From a virus, in IMG/VR virus record IMGVR_UViG_3300042898_002514: a stretch of 64,000 nucleotides of DNA, one strand, 5' to 3'. Below the pieces are notes generated by a model, which was given only the letters and a program-made list of their open reading frames with translations, had not been told where the DNA came from and ran no database searches. Numbering within the stretch: the stretch's first letter is position 1; each line of letters opens with the position of its first letter. The position numbers were made by a program, and so were the translations under genes. This document shows positions 27,553-35,434 of the stretch, piece after piece.

Positions 27553-27624
27553 AACGTAGCATAATGGTCGTGCACCTCCTTCATACGGAGCAAGGTGCTG
27601 GTTCGAATCCAGCCGTTACCACCA
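27550..27624 (+). tRNA. tRNA-Met/Ile2(CAT), elongator type
   Basis: CTCC-TTCATAC-GGAG, paired 1-72. Confidence 0.85.
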
Positions 27625-27627
27625 AGT

Positions 27628-27824
27628 TTTGTAAGTGTCAGCAAGAGAAAGACTCGCTAGGAAGATTCTTCGAAGGTCAACCTAGTGCAAAAGTAGGGCG
27701 GGTTCGAGTCCCGTAAAAGCAGCGGAGCACCTATGTCAAGTATTCCAAGTGATGTACCACCTCCCGTCCGGACCAGTGCAATCGGGTGAATGGTAGAGAT
27801 TAAAGTGGCTCTACTACTTACAAA
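27628..27824 (+). ncRNA. unclassified structured RNA with internal T-loop
   Basis: Closing stem TTTGTAAGT/ACTTACAAA; GGGTTCGAGTCCC internal; no convincing ORF. Confidence 0.5.
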
Positions 27825-27833
27825 TTCAATTAT

Positions 27834-27909
27834 CTCTCTAAAGTGTTATCTGGTTGCATCCGCGGTTTGGGGCCGTGTGGTCTAGGTTCGAATCCTAGTA
27901 GGGAGACCA
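27834..27909 (+). tRNA. tRNA-Pro(TGG)
   Basis: CGCGG-TTTGGGG-CCGTG. Confidence 0.88.
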
Positions 27910-27917
27910 GTTTCTGT

Positions 27918-27991
27918 TGGGGGTTAGTTAAATGGTATAACCGCGGATTTTGATTCCGCTATTAAAGGTTCGATTCCTTTACCCTCTGCCA
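27918..27991 (+). tRNA. tRNA-Gln(TTG)
   Basis: GCGGA-TTTTGAT-TCCGC. Confidence 0.9.
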
Positions 27992-27998
27992 AATTTAT

Positions 27999-28075
27999 CG
28001 GACCGTAATTCAATTGGATAGAAAGCAAGTCTTCGAAACTTGAGGTTGGGAGTTCGAATCTCTCCGGTCCGGCCA
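27999..28075 (+). tRNA. tRNA-Arg(TCG)
   Basis: CAAGT-CTTCGAA-ACTTG. Confidence 0.9.
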
Positions 28076-28091
28076 TATAAAGGAAAATGCT

Positions 28092-28259
28092 ATGAAAACA
28101 ATTACATTTAAAAATAGATTCAACAATGAGCGAGTGGTCTGTAATGATCCCAAGGCTGTACAAGTAATTGACGGCATTGAGTACCTGTTGGTCAGCAAGA
28201 CCATTCAAGATAGAAAATTTCTAATGCGTAAAGATGCATTGGAGAAGATTAAAACATAG
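28092..28259 (+). CDS. hypothetical 55-aa protein
   Basis: AAGGA SD, MKTITFKNRFNNERVVC... Confidence 0.65.
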   Translation: MKTITFKNRFNNERVVCNDPKAVQVIDGIEYLLVSKTIQDRKFLMRKDALEKIKT

Positions 28260-28265
28260 ATCAAT

Positions 28266-28339
28266 GTTGTTCCTAGTGTAGTGGCTGCACAACTGTCTGT
28301 GAAACAGTTAGAGAGGGTTCGATTCCCCGGTTCAACCCA
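28266..28339 (+). tRNA. tRNA-His(GTG), degenerate acceptor/T stems
   Basis: ACTGT-CTGTGAA-ACAGT, G-1; two U-U mismatches and a shortened T stem. Confidence 0.65.
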
Positions 28340-28355
28340 ACAAAGTAGAAATATC

Positions 28356-28760
28356 ATGGAACAAGTAAAAATATTAAACACATTAAAGGGATCTGTTCGT
28401 AAGTTCGAAGAATTACTAGGACGATCATTGTACAAGGCAGAAGCAGACGACTCAGTATTGACACTGTATCTGTCCAAGACAAACTATGTAAGATTCCAAC
28501 ATCACCAAGATTGTTGCGAAAGTGTTTACATAGAAGACATATGTGGTGACCTCGATGACCTTGTGGGAGCACCACTAGTTGAAGCTGAAGAAGTTTCTGA
28601 CTATGAAGGTGAAGCTACAGGAGACGAGTCTTACACATGGACATTTTACAAGTTTGCTACACGCAAGGGATTTGTAACTGTTCGGTGGTATGGTTCCAGC
28701 AATGGATACTATTCCGAAAGTGTCAGTGTTGATGTAGTTGATACTACTATAAAGGATTAA
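28356..28760 (+). CDS. conserved hypothetical phage protein
   Basis: HHQDCCESVYIEDICGDL, WYGSSNGYYSE motifs. Confidence 0.8.
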   Translation: MEQVKILNTLKGSVRKFEELLGRSLYKAEADDSVLTLYLSKTNYVRFQHHQDCCESVYIEDICGDLDDLVGAPLVEAEEVSDYEGEATGDESYTWTFYKFATRKGFVTVRWYGSSNGYYSESVSVDVVDTTIKD

Positions 28761-28761
28761 T

Positions 28762-28837
28762 GCAACTTTAGCTGATGTGGTCATAGCGGCGGTTTGAAGA
28801 ACCGTTGAACCAGGTTCGATTCCTGGAGGTTGCACCA
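28762..28837 (+). tRNA. tRNA-Phe(GAA)
   Basis: GCGGT-TTGAAGA-ACCGT. Confidence 0.9.
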
Positions 28838-28875
28838 AGACAAATGCGAGAATGGTGGAATTTAATAAATATTAT

Positions 28876-29439
28876 ATGAACATATTATTCCTTCCAATTG
28901 ATATTGAAATTCCAAAGATTGATACATCAAAAATACAGTCTACAATTAACGTCATCAACAACCTAACCTACATAAAAACTGCAGAGTATCAACAGTATTG
29001 GGATACTTCTAGAATTACTGAAACAGTTGATGATACTTTAAAATCTGTACTAGATCAGTTGCCTATAAGCAAAGTAACAAATGTATATTATAAAGAGCAA
29101 AGACAAGCTGTGTCACCTCATTACGATGTATATCCAAATATGAAATTTGAAGAAGGAGAATACACTAATATTTTAGATAACGAACCTGCAGGGTATCGTC
29201 TAGTCCTAGAAGGGTCCACTGATGTACTTTATGTTAAAAGTGGAGGCACGTTTAAGTTAGCAGAATTGCCATCTGTGCCTTGTTGTTATCTTTTAAATAC
29301 CACAGCAGGGCTACACATGCTCAAGGATGATCCGGGCAGAAAGATTATCTATATTAGAGGATTTATTGATACAGCAAGGCATCAGACGCTGATAGAAAAA
29401 AGTCTCAAACGTTATAAAAATTTAGCAATTATTGCATAA
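28876..29439 (+). CDS. putative 2OG-Fe(II)/cupin-fold oxygenase
   Basis: PHYD and distal H; paralog of island genes at 38-42 kb. Confidence 0.65.
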   Translation: MNILFLPIDIEIPKIDTSKIQSTINVINNLTYIKTAEYQQYWDTSRITETVDDTLKSVLDQLPISKVTNVYYKEQRQAVSPHYDVYPNMKFEEGEYTNILDNEPAGYRLVLEGSTDVLYVKSGGTFKLAELPSVPCCYLLNTTAGLHMLKDDPGRKIIYIRGFIDTARHQTLIEKSLKRYKNLAIIA

Positions 29440-29443
29440 CATT

Positions 29444-29518
29444 GCCGCCTTTGTATAATAGAGAATACAGCTCTCTTCCAAAGTGCGAATAGGAGTTCGA
29501 TTCCTAGAGGTTGCACCA
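29444..29518 (+). pseudogene. chimeric/degenerate tRNA (3' end copied from tRNA-Phe)
   Basis: Acceptor halves do not pair well; 29495-29519 matches 28814-28838 at 24/25. Confidence 0.65.
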
Positions 29519-29563
29519 ACTAAGTTGGACTCTTAGAACTCTACATAATTAATAAATACCAAC

Positions 29564-30127
29564 ATGCAAAACTTTTATAAACACTTTCCAGAAATAGATA
29601 ATGTATATTGGACTAACTATTTTTTGAAAGAATTCATACCAAAATATAAAATTTTTGAACAATTGTCTAGTCCTTTATATATGATGTATTTTAAAAAAGA
29701 TTTTTATAAAGATTTAGAAATATTAAAACTTAGTTCGTTGCTAGTTAGTAAACTAAAATTTCCACCGATTGAATATTTTTCAATATTTAAACACACGTAT
29801 TCCCAGGCCATTCATGCTGATGGTAAATCAACATTGAGATATGCAAGCTTCAACTTACCTCTCGTGGGGTTTGAAGGGACAAGGATGTGTTTTTATAATA
29901 CAAAATCAAATGTTATTCCTAAAGTAGCAGATGCTTATTATTTTAAAGAAGATGATGTATGTCTTGCTACAGAACTAGAAGGCAAGAATGAATGGACATT
30001 AGTAAACAGTTCAATCCCACATAATATTGTGAATGTAGATTTTAATAATCCTAGAATAACAGTATGCATTAGATTTAATGGTAATCCAAAACTTGAGGAT
30101 CTAATAACAAATGAAATTCAATCCTAA
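29564..30127 (+). CDS. putative 2OG-Fe(II)/cupin-fold oxygenase
   Basis: IHAD...LVNSSIPHNI...RITVCIRF. Confidence 0.65.
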   Translation: MQNFYKHFPEIDNVYWTNYFLKEFIPKYKIFEQLSSPLYMMYFKKDFYKDLEILKLSSLLVSKLKFPPIEYFSIFKHTYSQAIHADGKSTLRYASFNLPLVGFEGTRMCFYNTKSNVIPKVADAYYFKEDDVCLATELEGKNEWTLVNSSIPHNIVNVDFNNPRITVCIRFNGNPKLEDLITNEIQS

Positions 30128-30159
30128 GGACGGCACCAAAAAATATTTTAAAATAACTG

Positions 30160-30188
30160 TTGACAAGATAACGTAATGACTATATAAT
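30160..30188 (+). promoter_or_regulatory. sigma70 promoter
   Basis: TTGACA-17-TATAAT. Confidence 0.85.
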
Positions 30189-30241
30189 AGTTACATACTA
30201 AGCAATTAGTAATGTTCATTAAAAATTTAAAGTAAGATTTT

Positions 30242-30325
30242 GCGCAAGTGGTGGAATGGTATACACGATGGTCTTAGAAGCCATTGCCGAAAGGATTGAG
30301 AGTTCGAGTCTCTCCTTGCGCACCA
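30242..30325 (+). tRNA. tRNA-Leu(TAG)
   Basis: Class II cloverleaf, CCA. Confidence 0.93.
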
Positions 30326-30408
30326 TATTGAAACATATTAAAGATAGGGTTGTAACGGTTCATTGAACTTTAGTACATACCGTGGTAGTTAGTGTGTTTC
30401 AATATGGT
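30322..30408 (+). repeat. hairpin cassette 5
   Basis: ACCATATTGAAACATATTAA / TTAGTGTGTTTCAATATGGT, 47-nt loop. Confidence 0.8.
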
Positions 30409-30418
30409 AAAGAATTTT

Positions 30419-30493
30419 GCCTGGTTAGCTCAGGGGTAGAGCGTCTCGTTTACACCGAGAGGGTCCGCGGTTCGAAACCGTGACCAGGTACCA
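30419..30493 (+). tRNA. tRNA-Val(TAC)
   Basis: TCTCG-TTTACAC-CGAGA. Confidence 0.93.
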
Positions 30494-30512
30494 CTAGTAG
30501 AAAGAAGACTGT

Positions 30513-30653
30513 ATGATACCCAAAGAAATTATAGACCAGGCATACCGAAATATTCCTAACAAAGTGGGGTTTGCTGTCAATTGGAATTTTACGCCGACTT
30601 GGCGTGGTGTGAGATATTACTGGTATAAATTACTACGTAAAGCAACAAGATAA
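30513..30653 (+). CDS. hypothetical 46-aa protein
   Basis: MIPKEIIDQAYRNIP... fills the gap between tRNAs. Confidence 0.5.
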   Translation: MIPKEIIDQAYRNIPNKVGFAVNWNFTPTWRGVRYYWYKLLRKATR

Positions 30654-30654
30654 T

Positions 30655-30742
30655 GGAGCATTGGCCGACCGGTTAAGGCAACAGATTGCTAATCTGTCAC
30701 TGCGCAAGTGGTGAGTAGGTTCGATTCCTACATGCTCCGCCA
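30655..30742 (+). tRNA. tRNA-Ser(GCT)
   Basis: Long variable arm, G73. Confidence 0.93.
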
Positions 30743-30946
30743 GAACGTTCCGAGTGTCTTCGGATAGTGTGACCCGCACGATGAGAAGTAGTGTGACAAC
30801 TACGGGTGGTAGTCTTTAAACCCAAAGGCCGCTAGCAATGCGAGAACGGTCCCTGTCGGGAAGCGGGTGGAAGGTACGAGTGAGAGGTATGATAGCGTCA
30901 TATCTTTCTGTACTATAATTACCGCCGGGGGACGTCAGAGCAACCA
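30743..30946 (+). ncRNA. unclassified GC-rich structured RNA ending in ACCA
   Basis: Multiple hairpins (TCCGA/TCGGA, GTAGT/ACTAC, GAGAGGTATGA/TCATATCTTTC). Confidence 0.5.
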
Positions 30947-30967
30947 GATTTTAATAAAGGAAACATA

Positions 30968-31180
30968 ATGAAACCAGGTCCAAATTACAAGATGTCATCT
31001 TTGACTAAAGCAAGTCTAGCAATGAGTAGAGTTCTAGATCCTCACAAGCGAGGTGAGTGGAAACGTGCCATGATTGATGCAGAGCTATGTGCCGCTGTTC
31101 AACCCAAGCGTGAAACACGCAAACCGGGCAATGGTAATTTTACCACCCATGCATCTGGGACCGTATCTTCAGGAAGTTGA
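30968..31180 (+). CDS. hypothetical protein
   Basis: AAGGA SD, 70 aa. Confidence 0.65.
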   Translation: MKPGPNYKMSSLTKASLAMSRVLDPHKRGEWKRAMIDAELCAAVQPKRETRKPGNGNFTTHASGTVSSGS

Positions 31181-31181
31181 T

Positions 31182-31472
31182 ATGAGCAAGGGATCTAAAG
31201 CAAGACCCTTTAGTGTCAGCCAGCGTGAGTTTGACAATAGATGGGATACAATTTTTCGCAAGAGTCCTCAAGAAGTGCAAGATGCAGTTCGAGAAGATGA
31301 AGAATTTAACAGGATTGATACTATGCAAGTACGAGTAAAAGAAGATGAAAGTAAAATCGGATCTTGCGGTTGCGGTCGTTCGCCAACCGGCAAGTGCATC
31401 GGTTGGCACGGACTAACCGAAGAAGCATTTAAAGAAAAACTTCAAGAGTATAAACTCAACGAAGGTAAGTGA
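31182..31472 (+). CDS. CDGSH-like iron-sulfur/zinc finger protein
   Basis: CGCGRSPTGKCIGWH. Confidence 0.65.
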   Translation: MSKGSKARPFSVSQREFDNRWDTIFRKSPQEVQDAVREDEEFNRIDTMQVRVKEDESKIGSCGCGRSPTGKCIGWHGLTEEAFKEKLQEYKLNEGK

Positions 31473-31478
31473 AATATT

Positions 31479-31554
31479 GGGGGATTGGTATACTTGGCTA
31501 ACACACCTGGTTTGCAACCAGGAGCAAACGGTTCGAATCCGTTATCCTCCACCA
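31479..31554 (+). tRNA. tRNA-Ala(TGC)
   Basis: G3-U70, CCTGG-TTTGCAA-CCAGG. Confidence 0.92.
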
Positions 31555-31560
31555 AGCATT

Positions 31561-31634
31561 GCCCTTATAGTTAAATGGTATAACGGCGGTTTTGTAATCC
31601 GCAGTTTGCAGTTCGATTCTGTGTAGGGGCACCA
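31561..31634 (+). tRNA. tRNA-Thr(TGT)
   Basis: Cloverleaf, CCA. Confidence 0.9.
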
Positions 31635-31650
31635 ATATAGTCAAAAGATG

Positions 31651-31679
31651 TTGACAAACATCTTGTATAGTGCTATAAT
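31651..31679 (+). promoter_or_regulatory. sigma70 promoter
   Basis: TTGACA-17-TATAAT. Confidence 0.85.
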
Positions 31680-31703
31680 AGTTTTGTTGTGTAGCAATAC
31701 ACA

Positions 31704-31927
31704 ACCGGCAAAGTGAAAGGTAGATGAGAGAAGACACTACTGTTTGGCTTCATGCCAAATGGAACTTAACTCCAAATACTCTGAAAAAGTATCCGTGTCA
31801 TTGTGTTCCGGCCCCAAAAGATATTTGTTTATTGATTACCGGAAATATAGTGACCCCTGTGGATTGTATATTGAGCATTGTTATTTGCACATTGTCCAGT
31901 CTTTTACTTGACCTTTCACTGAACCGT
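31704..31927 (+). ncRNA. structured RNA/leader upstream of rpoZ
   Basis: Perfect 10-bp long-range stem AGTGAAAGGT (31712) / ACCTTTCACT (31911) plus inner stems. Confidence 0.5.
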
Positions 31928-31946
31928 TTTTTAACCTGAGGAAAAT

Positions 31947-32192
31947 ATGACATCAAGATTAACATCAGAATTAGCAGTAGAACAGATAGGCAATAGGTTT
32001 GACTTGGTACTAGTTGCCAGTCAGCGAGCCCGAGAGTTAAAAAACGGTTCAATGCCCAAAGTCGCTGAACCAGGCAAAACATTTATTTCTACAGCACTTC
32101 GAGAGATTGAAGAAGGCAAGTATACCTATAAAGATTATATTAATAAATTACCAAAAAAACGTAAAGGACAACGAGATGAATATTTCACTTAG
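31947..32192 (+). CDS. rpoZ: RNA polymerase omega subunit
   Basis: IGNRFDLVLVASQRAREL...ALREIEEG. Confidence 0.9.
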   Translation: MTSRLTSELAVEQIGNRFDLVLVASQRARELKNGSMPKVAEPGKTFISTALREIEEGKYTYKDYINKLPKKRKGQRDEYFT

Positions 32193-32748
32193 AAAAGCCA
32201 GCGCCCTACAAAACAGCATCAATGATGCTATCAAGGGCATTAAAATCACAACATCGATTGATCTCAATGAATTTCAAGATGTAGCAGTAGAACTAAAGAA
32301 TGCCAACGATACGCTGTTTAACAACGACAGTCGGAGACAACGCCTGCTGTTGGCCTTGTATAACATTCGTGGTCTTGTGGGCAGTGCCAACGCACAAAGC
32401 GGCATTGATTTGAAATTGGCCACTGCTGCCTTTGTGGACAAACGTGTTGCTCAACTTGAAGGTCTTGTAGTAGATCCTGTAACTAATCTTGCCGTGATCA
32501 ACGGTAAGTTGGACAAGATTCGCAACGACAAGAGCGAAAGTAGCCGTAGCCGTATCTATGGATTTAGTGACACAGTGTCTACTAATGTCATCGGTCACGA
32601 ACAGCTAGATGTGATTAGTACAGAGATTAAAAATCTCAAGAAACAAAAGCAGAAACTCAACGATGAAGTACTTGAGTTAAATATCAAAACAGAGATTCCA
32701 CTCAGTGAAGAAGTAGTGGCAACATTGCAATCAGAAGGTTTAGTTTAA
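32176..32748 (+). CDS. hypothetical coiled-coil phage protein
   Basis: AAGGA SD, MNISLRKA. Confidence 0.8.
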   Translation: MNISLRKASALQNSINDAIKGIKITTSIDLNEFQDVAVELKNANDTLFNNDSRRQRLLLALYNIRGLVGSANAQSGIDLKLATAAFVDKRVAQLEGLVVDPVTNLAVINGKLDKIRNDKSESSRSRIYGFSDTVSTNVIGHEQLDVISTEIKNLKKQKQKLNDEVLELNIKTEIPLSEEVVATLQSEGLV

Positions 32749-32751
32749 AAA

Positions 32752-32952
32752 CCCGTGATCCCGTACACGTAATAAACGGGGGTGGGGCAGTCACCATAGA
32801 GAGCGCCGGGTATTCAATGCTATGACCATTAGTTCTCTGAGTTAAGGGATACTAGAACGCATTGGGTGAGGTTTAGCACCTTTCCAGAAGAATAAATGTT
32901 ATGGACAGAGTAACCGCTCAGTTCGGGGCTTATGTGGTGTAAGTAGCCGGAC
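32752..32952 (+). ncRNA. unclassified structured RNA region
   Basis: H-type pseudoknot plus hairpins; no convincing ORF. Confidence 0.4.
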
Positions 32953-33065
32953 ACTTTATTAGAACAAATTAGAATCTTGTAGAAATACTTGATTAGGTTT
33001 GGCTTCCCCGGAGCTCTTTAGCATAGCTATAACTTTTAATATGCCTTAGTTTGTTTTAATAAAGT
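32953..33065 (+). repeat. hairpin cassette 6
   Basis: ACTTTATTAGAACAAATTAG / TTAGTTTGTTTTAATAAAGT, 73-nt loop. Confidence 0.7.
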
Positions 33066-33068
33066 TAT

Positions 33069-33144
33069 CGCAGGATGGAGAAGGTGGTATCTCGGAAGTC
33101 TCATAAGCTTCAGATCGTCGGTTCGACTCCGACTCCTGCAACCA
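33069..33144 (+). tRNA. initiator-type tRNA-fMet(CAT)
   Basis: C1-A72 mismatch; anticodon stem lacks the three G-C pairs. Confidence 0.85.
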
Positions 33145-33149
33145 ATATT

Positions 33150-33299
33150 ATGAAATTATTTGAAGCAACAATCAGAGTCAACGGCAAAGAATTCAAGGAT
33201 CGTGTTGGTGCAGAAACAGCACAGGAAGCAATGAAGCTTCTGCAACAGAGATACGGTCCTAGAGCAGTGCCCTATGTTCCTCATATGATTCCCAATTAA
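33150..33299 (+). CDS. hypothetical 49-aa protein
   Basis: MKLFEATIRVNG... Confidence 0.65.
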   Translation: MKLFEATIRVNGKEFKDRVGAETAQEAMKLLQQRYGPRAVPYVPHMIPN

Positions 33300-33301
33300 T
33301 T

Positions 33302-33378
33302 CGGAGTGTGGCGCAGTCTGGTAGCGCACCTGGTTTGGGACCAGGGGGTCCAAGGTTCGAATCCTTGTACTCCGACCA
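33302..33378 (+). tRNA. tRNA-Pro(TGG), second copy
   Basis: CCTGG-TTTGGGA-CCAGG. Confidence 0.93.
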
Positions 33379-33391
33379 ATTTTTTAAATTT

Positions 33392-33988
33392 ATGAAAATA
33401 ACAAAATGTAATCTATTTCCAATTTCACTTTTTGAAGTTTCAGAGTTTTTGACTGTAACTCAGTGCAATGATATTGTCACTTACATACGAGGATTACCTA
33501 AAAAACCTTATCCGGCAATGACTGGGAAATCGTTTACTACATTTAATATTTCTAATAGATTATTAGAAGACATTCAACAACATGTAAAATCATGTGCTAA
33601 TATGTTATCATCATTATCTGATATTGTGTTAGAATATGAAAAAACATCTGGTTACAACTGTGGTAAACTAGGTAATTCTTGGGCTAGTTTTCAATATAAA
33701 GATAGTGCATTATTAACCCATACTCATTATTCTAGTTTAATATCGGGCGTATTGTATTTGCAAGTAGATAATAATAGTAGTAAAATTATTTTTAATAATG
33801 TTAATCCTTTTTTAGAATATCTACCTAAAAAACATCTTACAACATATACATACAATAAAATGAGTTTCGAACCCACTGTTGGGAAATTAATAGTATTTCC
33901 CAGCTGGTTACCACATGGTTCAGACACTGAGTTGAATAAGTCGGACGAACGAATAATTATTAGTTTCAATACTGAATTAATAATTTAG
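33392..33988 (+). CDS. 2OG-Fe(II) oxygenase (TIGR02466-like)
   Basis: HTH..S.ISGVLY, FPSWLPH, RIIISFN. Confidence 0.85.
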   Translation: MKITKCNLFPISLFEVSEFLTVTQCNDIVTYIRGLPKKPYPAMTGKSFTTFNISNRLLEDIQQHVKSCANMLSSLSDIVLEYEKTSGYNCGKLGNSWASFQYKDSALLTHTHYSSLISGVLYLQVDNNSSKIIFNNVNPFLEYLPKKHLTTYTYNKMSFEPTVGKLIVFPSWLPHGSDTELNKSDERIIISFNTELII

Positions 33989-34023
33989 TCAGTTTTCTAC
34001 CAAATTTTTTATAAAAGGCAACA

Positions 34024-34209
34024 ATGACAAAAGCAGAAAATCAAGCGGCAACAGAAGCAGCGATGGCTGAGTTTCTAGCCAAAGGTGGTGTAGTTCAACA
34101 ACTAAAACCAAATCAAAGTGGTAGGGTCGAAGGAGAATCATATTCAATGTGGTCTAAGAAAAAGCCTTCAACTTCACCTTTGGCCAATCCTCCAGAAGAC
34201 GACGAATAA
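34024..34209 (+). CDS. hypothetical protein
   Basis: EFLAKGGVVQ motif. Confidence 0.7.
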   Translation: MTKAENQAATEAAMAEFLAKGGVVQQLKPNQSGRVEGESYSMWSKKKPSTSPLANPPEDDE

Positions 34210-34223
34210 ATAGAAATAACAAT

Positions 34224-34297
34224 GCGGGGTTCGTATAGTGGTAATACCTCAGATTTCCAATCTGATGCGGACAGTTCGATTCTGTTACCCCGCTCCA
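34224..34297 (+). tRNA. tRNA-Gly(TCC)
   Basis: TCAGA-TTTCCAA-TCTGA. Confidence 0.93.
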
Positions 34298-34301
34298 AAT
34301 T

Positions 34302-34880
34302 ATGCACACAGTTATTGACAGAAACGATACCTTTAGAAAATTTGACTTTAGTTCTACGATCGGTAAAGAAGATAATACAACTGCCATAGGCATTATAAAG
34401 AATATTGTCGCCGATGGGAACTATTTTAAAAATAGTCCAAAGTATCAAACCCAAGAAAACATATTTGCAAGACCCGAAGCTGTATGGTTAAAGTACCGTA
34501 TGAGTTTCTTGTTCAGTGTGTTTATGTATCTTGGGCGAGAAGTAAAAGTCAATAACATGATGGCCTGGGCATTTATGACCAATCTAGAAGGTGTAGAAGA
34601 TCGTGAAAAGCTATGGCACGATCATTGGCATCCTACAAATCCAAATGCCAAGATGCTGAGTGGTATATTTTATCTGCATATTCCCGAGGATGTAAAAGAC
34701 CGTGATTATTGCGGAACTGAAATGGCGCCAAATGGACCCCAAGGCGAAGGAAAGTTCTTTGTTCGCCCTACTGATTACAGTTGGTTGTTGTATCCCAGTA
34801 ATCAATGGCATCGACCGGGCGTGGTCCAAAGCAATGATTATAGATTTATCCTAGCAGTGGACGTAGAATATCTACCGTAA
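34302..34880 (+). CDS. 2OG-Fe(II) oxygenase-like protein
   Basis: WHDH, SGIFYL, YPS..WHRP, RFILA. Confidence 0.75.
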   Translation: MHTVIDRNDTFRKFDFSSTIGKEDNTTAIGIIKNIVADGNYFKNSPKYQTQENIFARPEAVWLKYRMSFLFSVFMYLGREVKVNNMMAWAFMTNLEGVEDREKLWHDHWHPTNPNAKMLSGIFYLHIPEDVKDRDYCGTEMAPNGPQGEGKFFVRPTDYSWLLYPSNQWHRPGVVQSNDYRFILAVDVEYLP

Positions 34881-34942
34881 TAAAACTGTAACAGTCTTTT
34901 TGTCTAAAAGACATAAGTACGCATATAAACTGAAAGAAAAAA

Positions 34943-35377
34943 ATGTTATCCTTTATCACCAATCTCACTGACCCACTCCTAGATTACATAAAGGATGATC
35001 CTGTTCGCCCTGAGTTGCCTAAGGAGTTTAGGGTAGGAAAGAACAAGTTTGTGAGTGCTCTAGTTGATGACATTCCTCGAGCTATGGTATGTGTGAGTTT
35101 ACACGATTTCATACCGGAAGATGTCGATGATTTGATCAAAGATACGGAAGTGCCAACCGCAGCAATTTTCTACACCATTTGGAGTTACGCCCCGGGGGCT
35201 GGTGTAGAATTGCTGAGAGCAACTGTAGCAGAAATACAAAAGCAATTTCCCAGCATAGAACGCTTTGTCACTCTGAGTCCAAAGACCGATATGGCCAAGA
35301 AGTTTCATACCAAAAATGGCGCCGGAGTTTTTAGAGAAAATTTAGACACCGTAAACTACGAGTACGATGTAAAATAA
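34943..35377 (+). CDS. GNAT-fold-like hypothetical protein
   Basis: AIFYTIWSY..GAG...FVTLSP. Confidence 0.65.
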   Translation: MLSFITNLTDPLLDYIKDDPVRPELPKEFRVGKNKFVSALVDDIPRAMVCVSLHDFIPEDVDDLIKDTEVPTAAIFYTIWSYAPGAGVELLRATVAEIQKQFPSIERFVTLSPKTDMAKKFHTKNGAGVFRENLDTVNYEYDVK

Positions 35378-35434
35378 CAACTCTCCCTGACAGGCGGAGT
35401 ATAATGAGCCAAATAGTCTGTCATCAACAACACG

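Noticed and set aside
26018-28208. ORF-track ORFs overlapping tRNAs (e.g. 26018-26218, 26569-27022, 27924-28208) and N-terminal extensions at 28281, 33075, 33308, 35571
   Set aside because: Shadow frames of tRNA genes; real starts lie downstream of the tRNAs.
27628-30946. tmRNA or RNase P identity for the unclassified RNAs
   Set aside because: No Ala-type acceptor with terminal T arm, no tag ORF and no RNase P P4 consensus.
25908-33065. CRISPR array interpretation of the hairpin cassettes
   Set aside because: Repeats are inverted, dispersed and variable; there is no direct repeat-spacer periodicity and no cas gene in the window.
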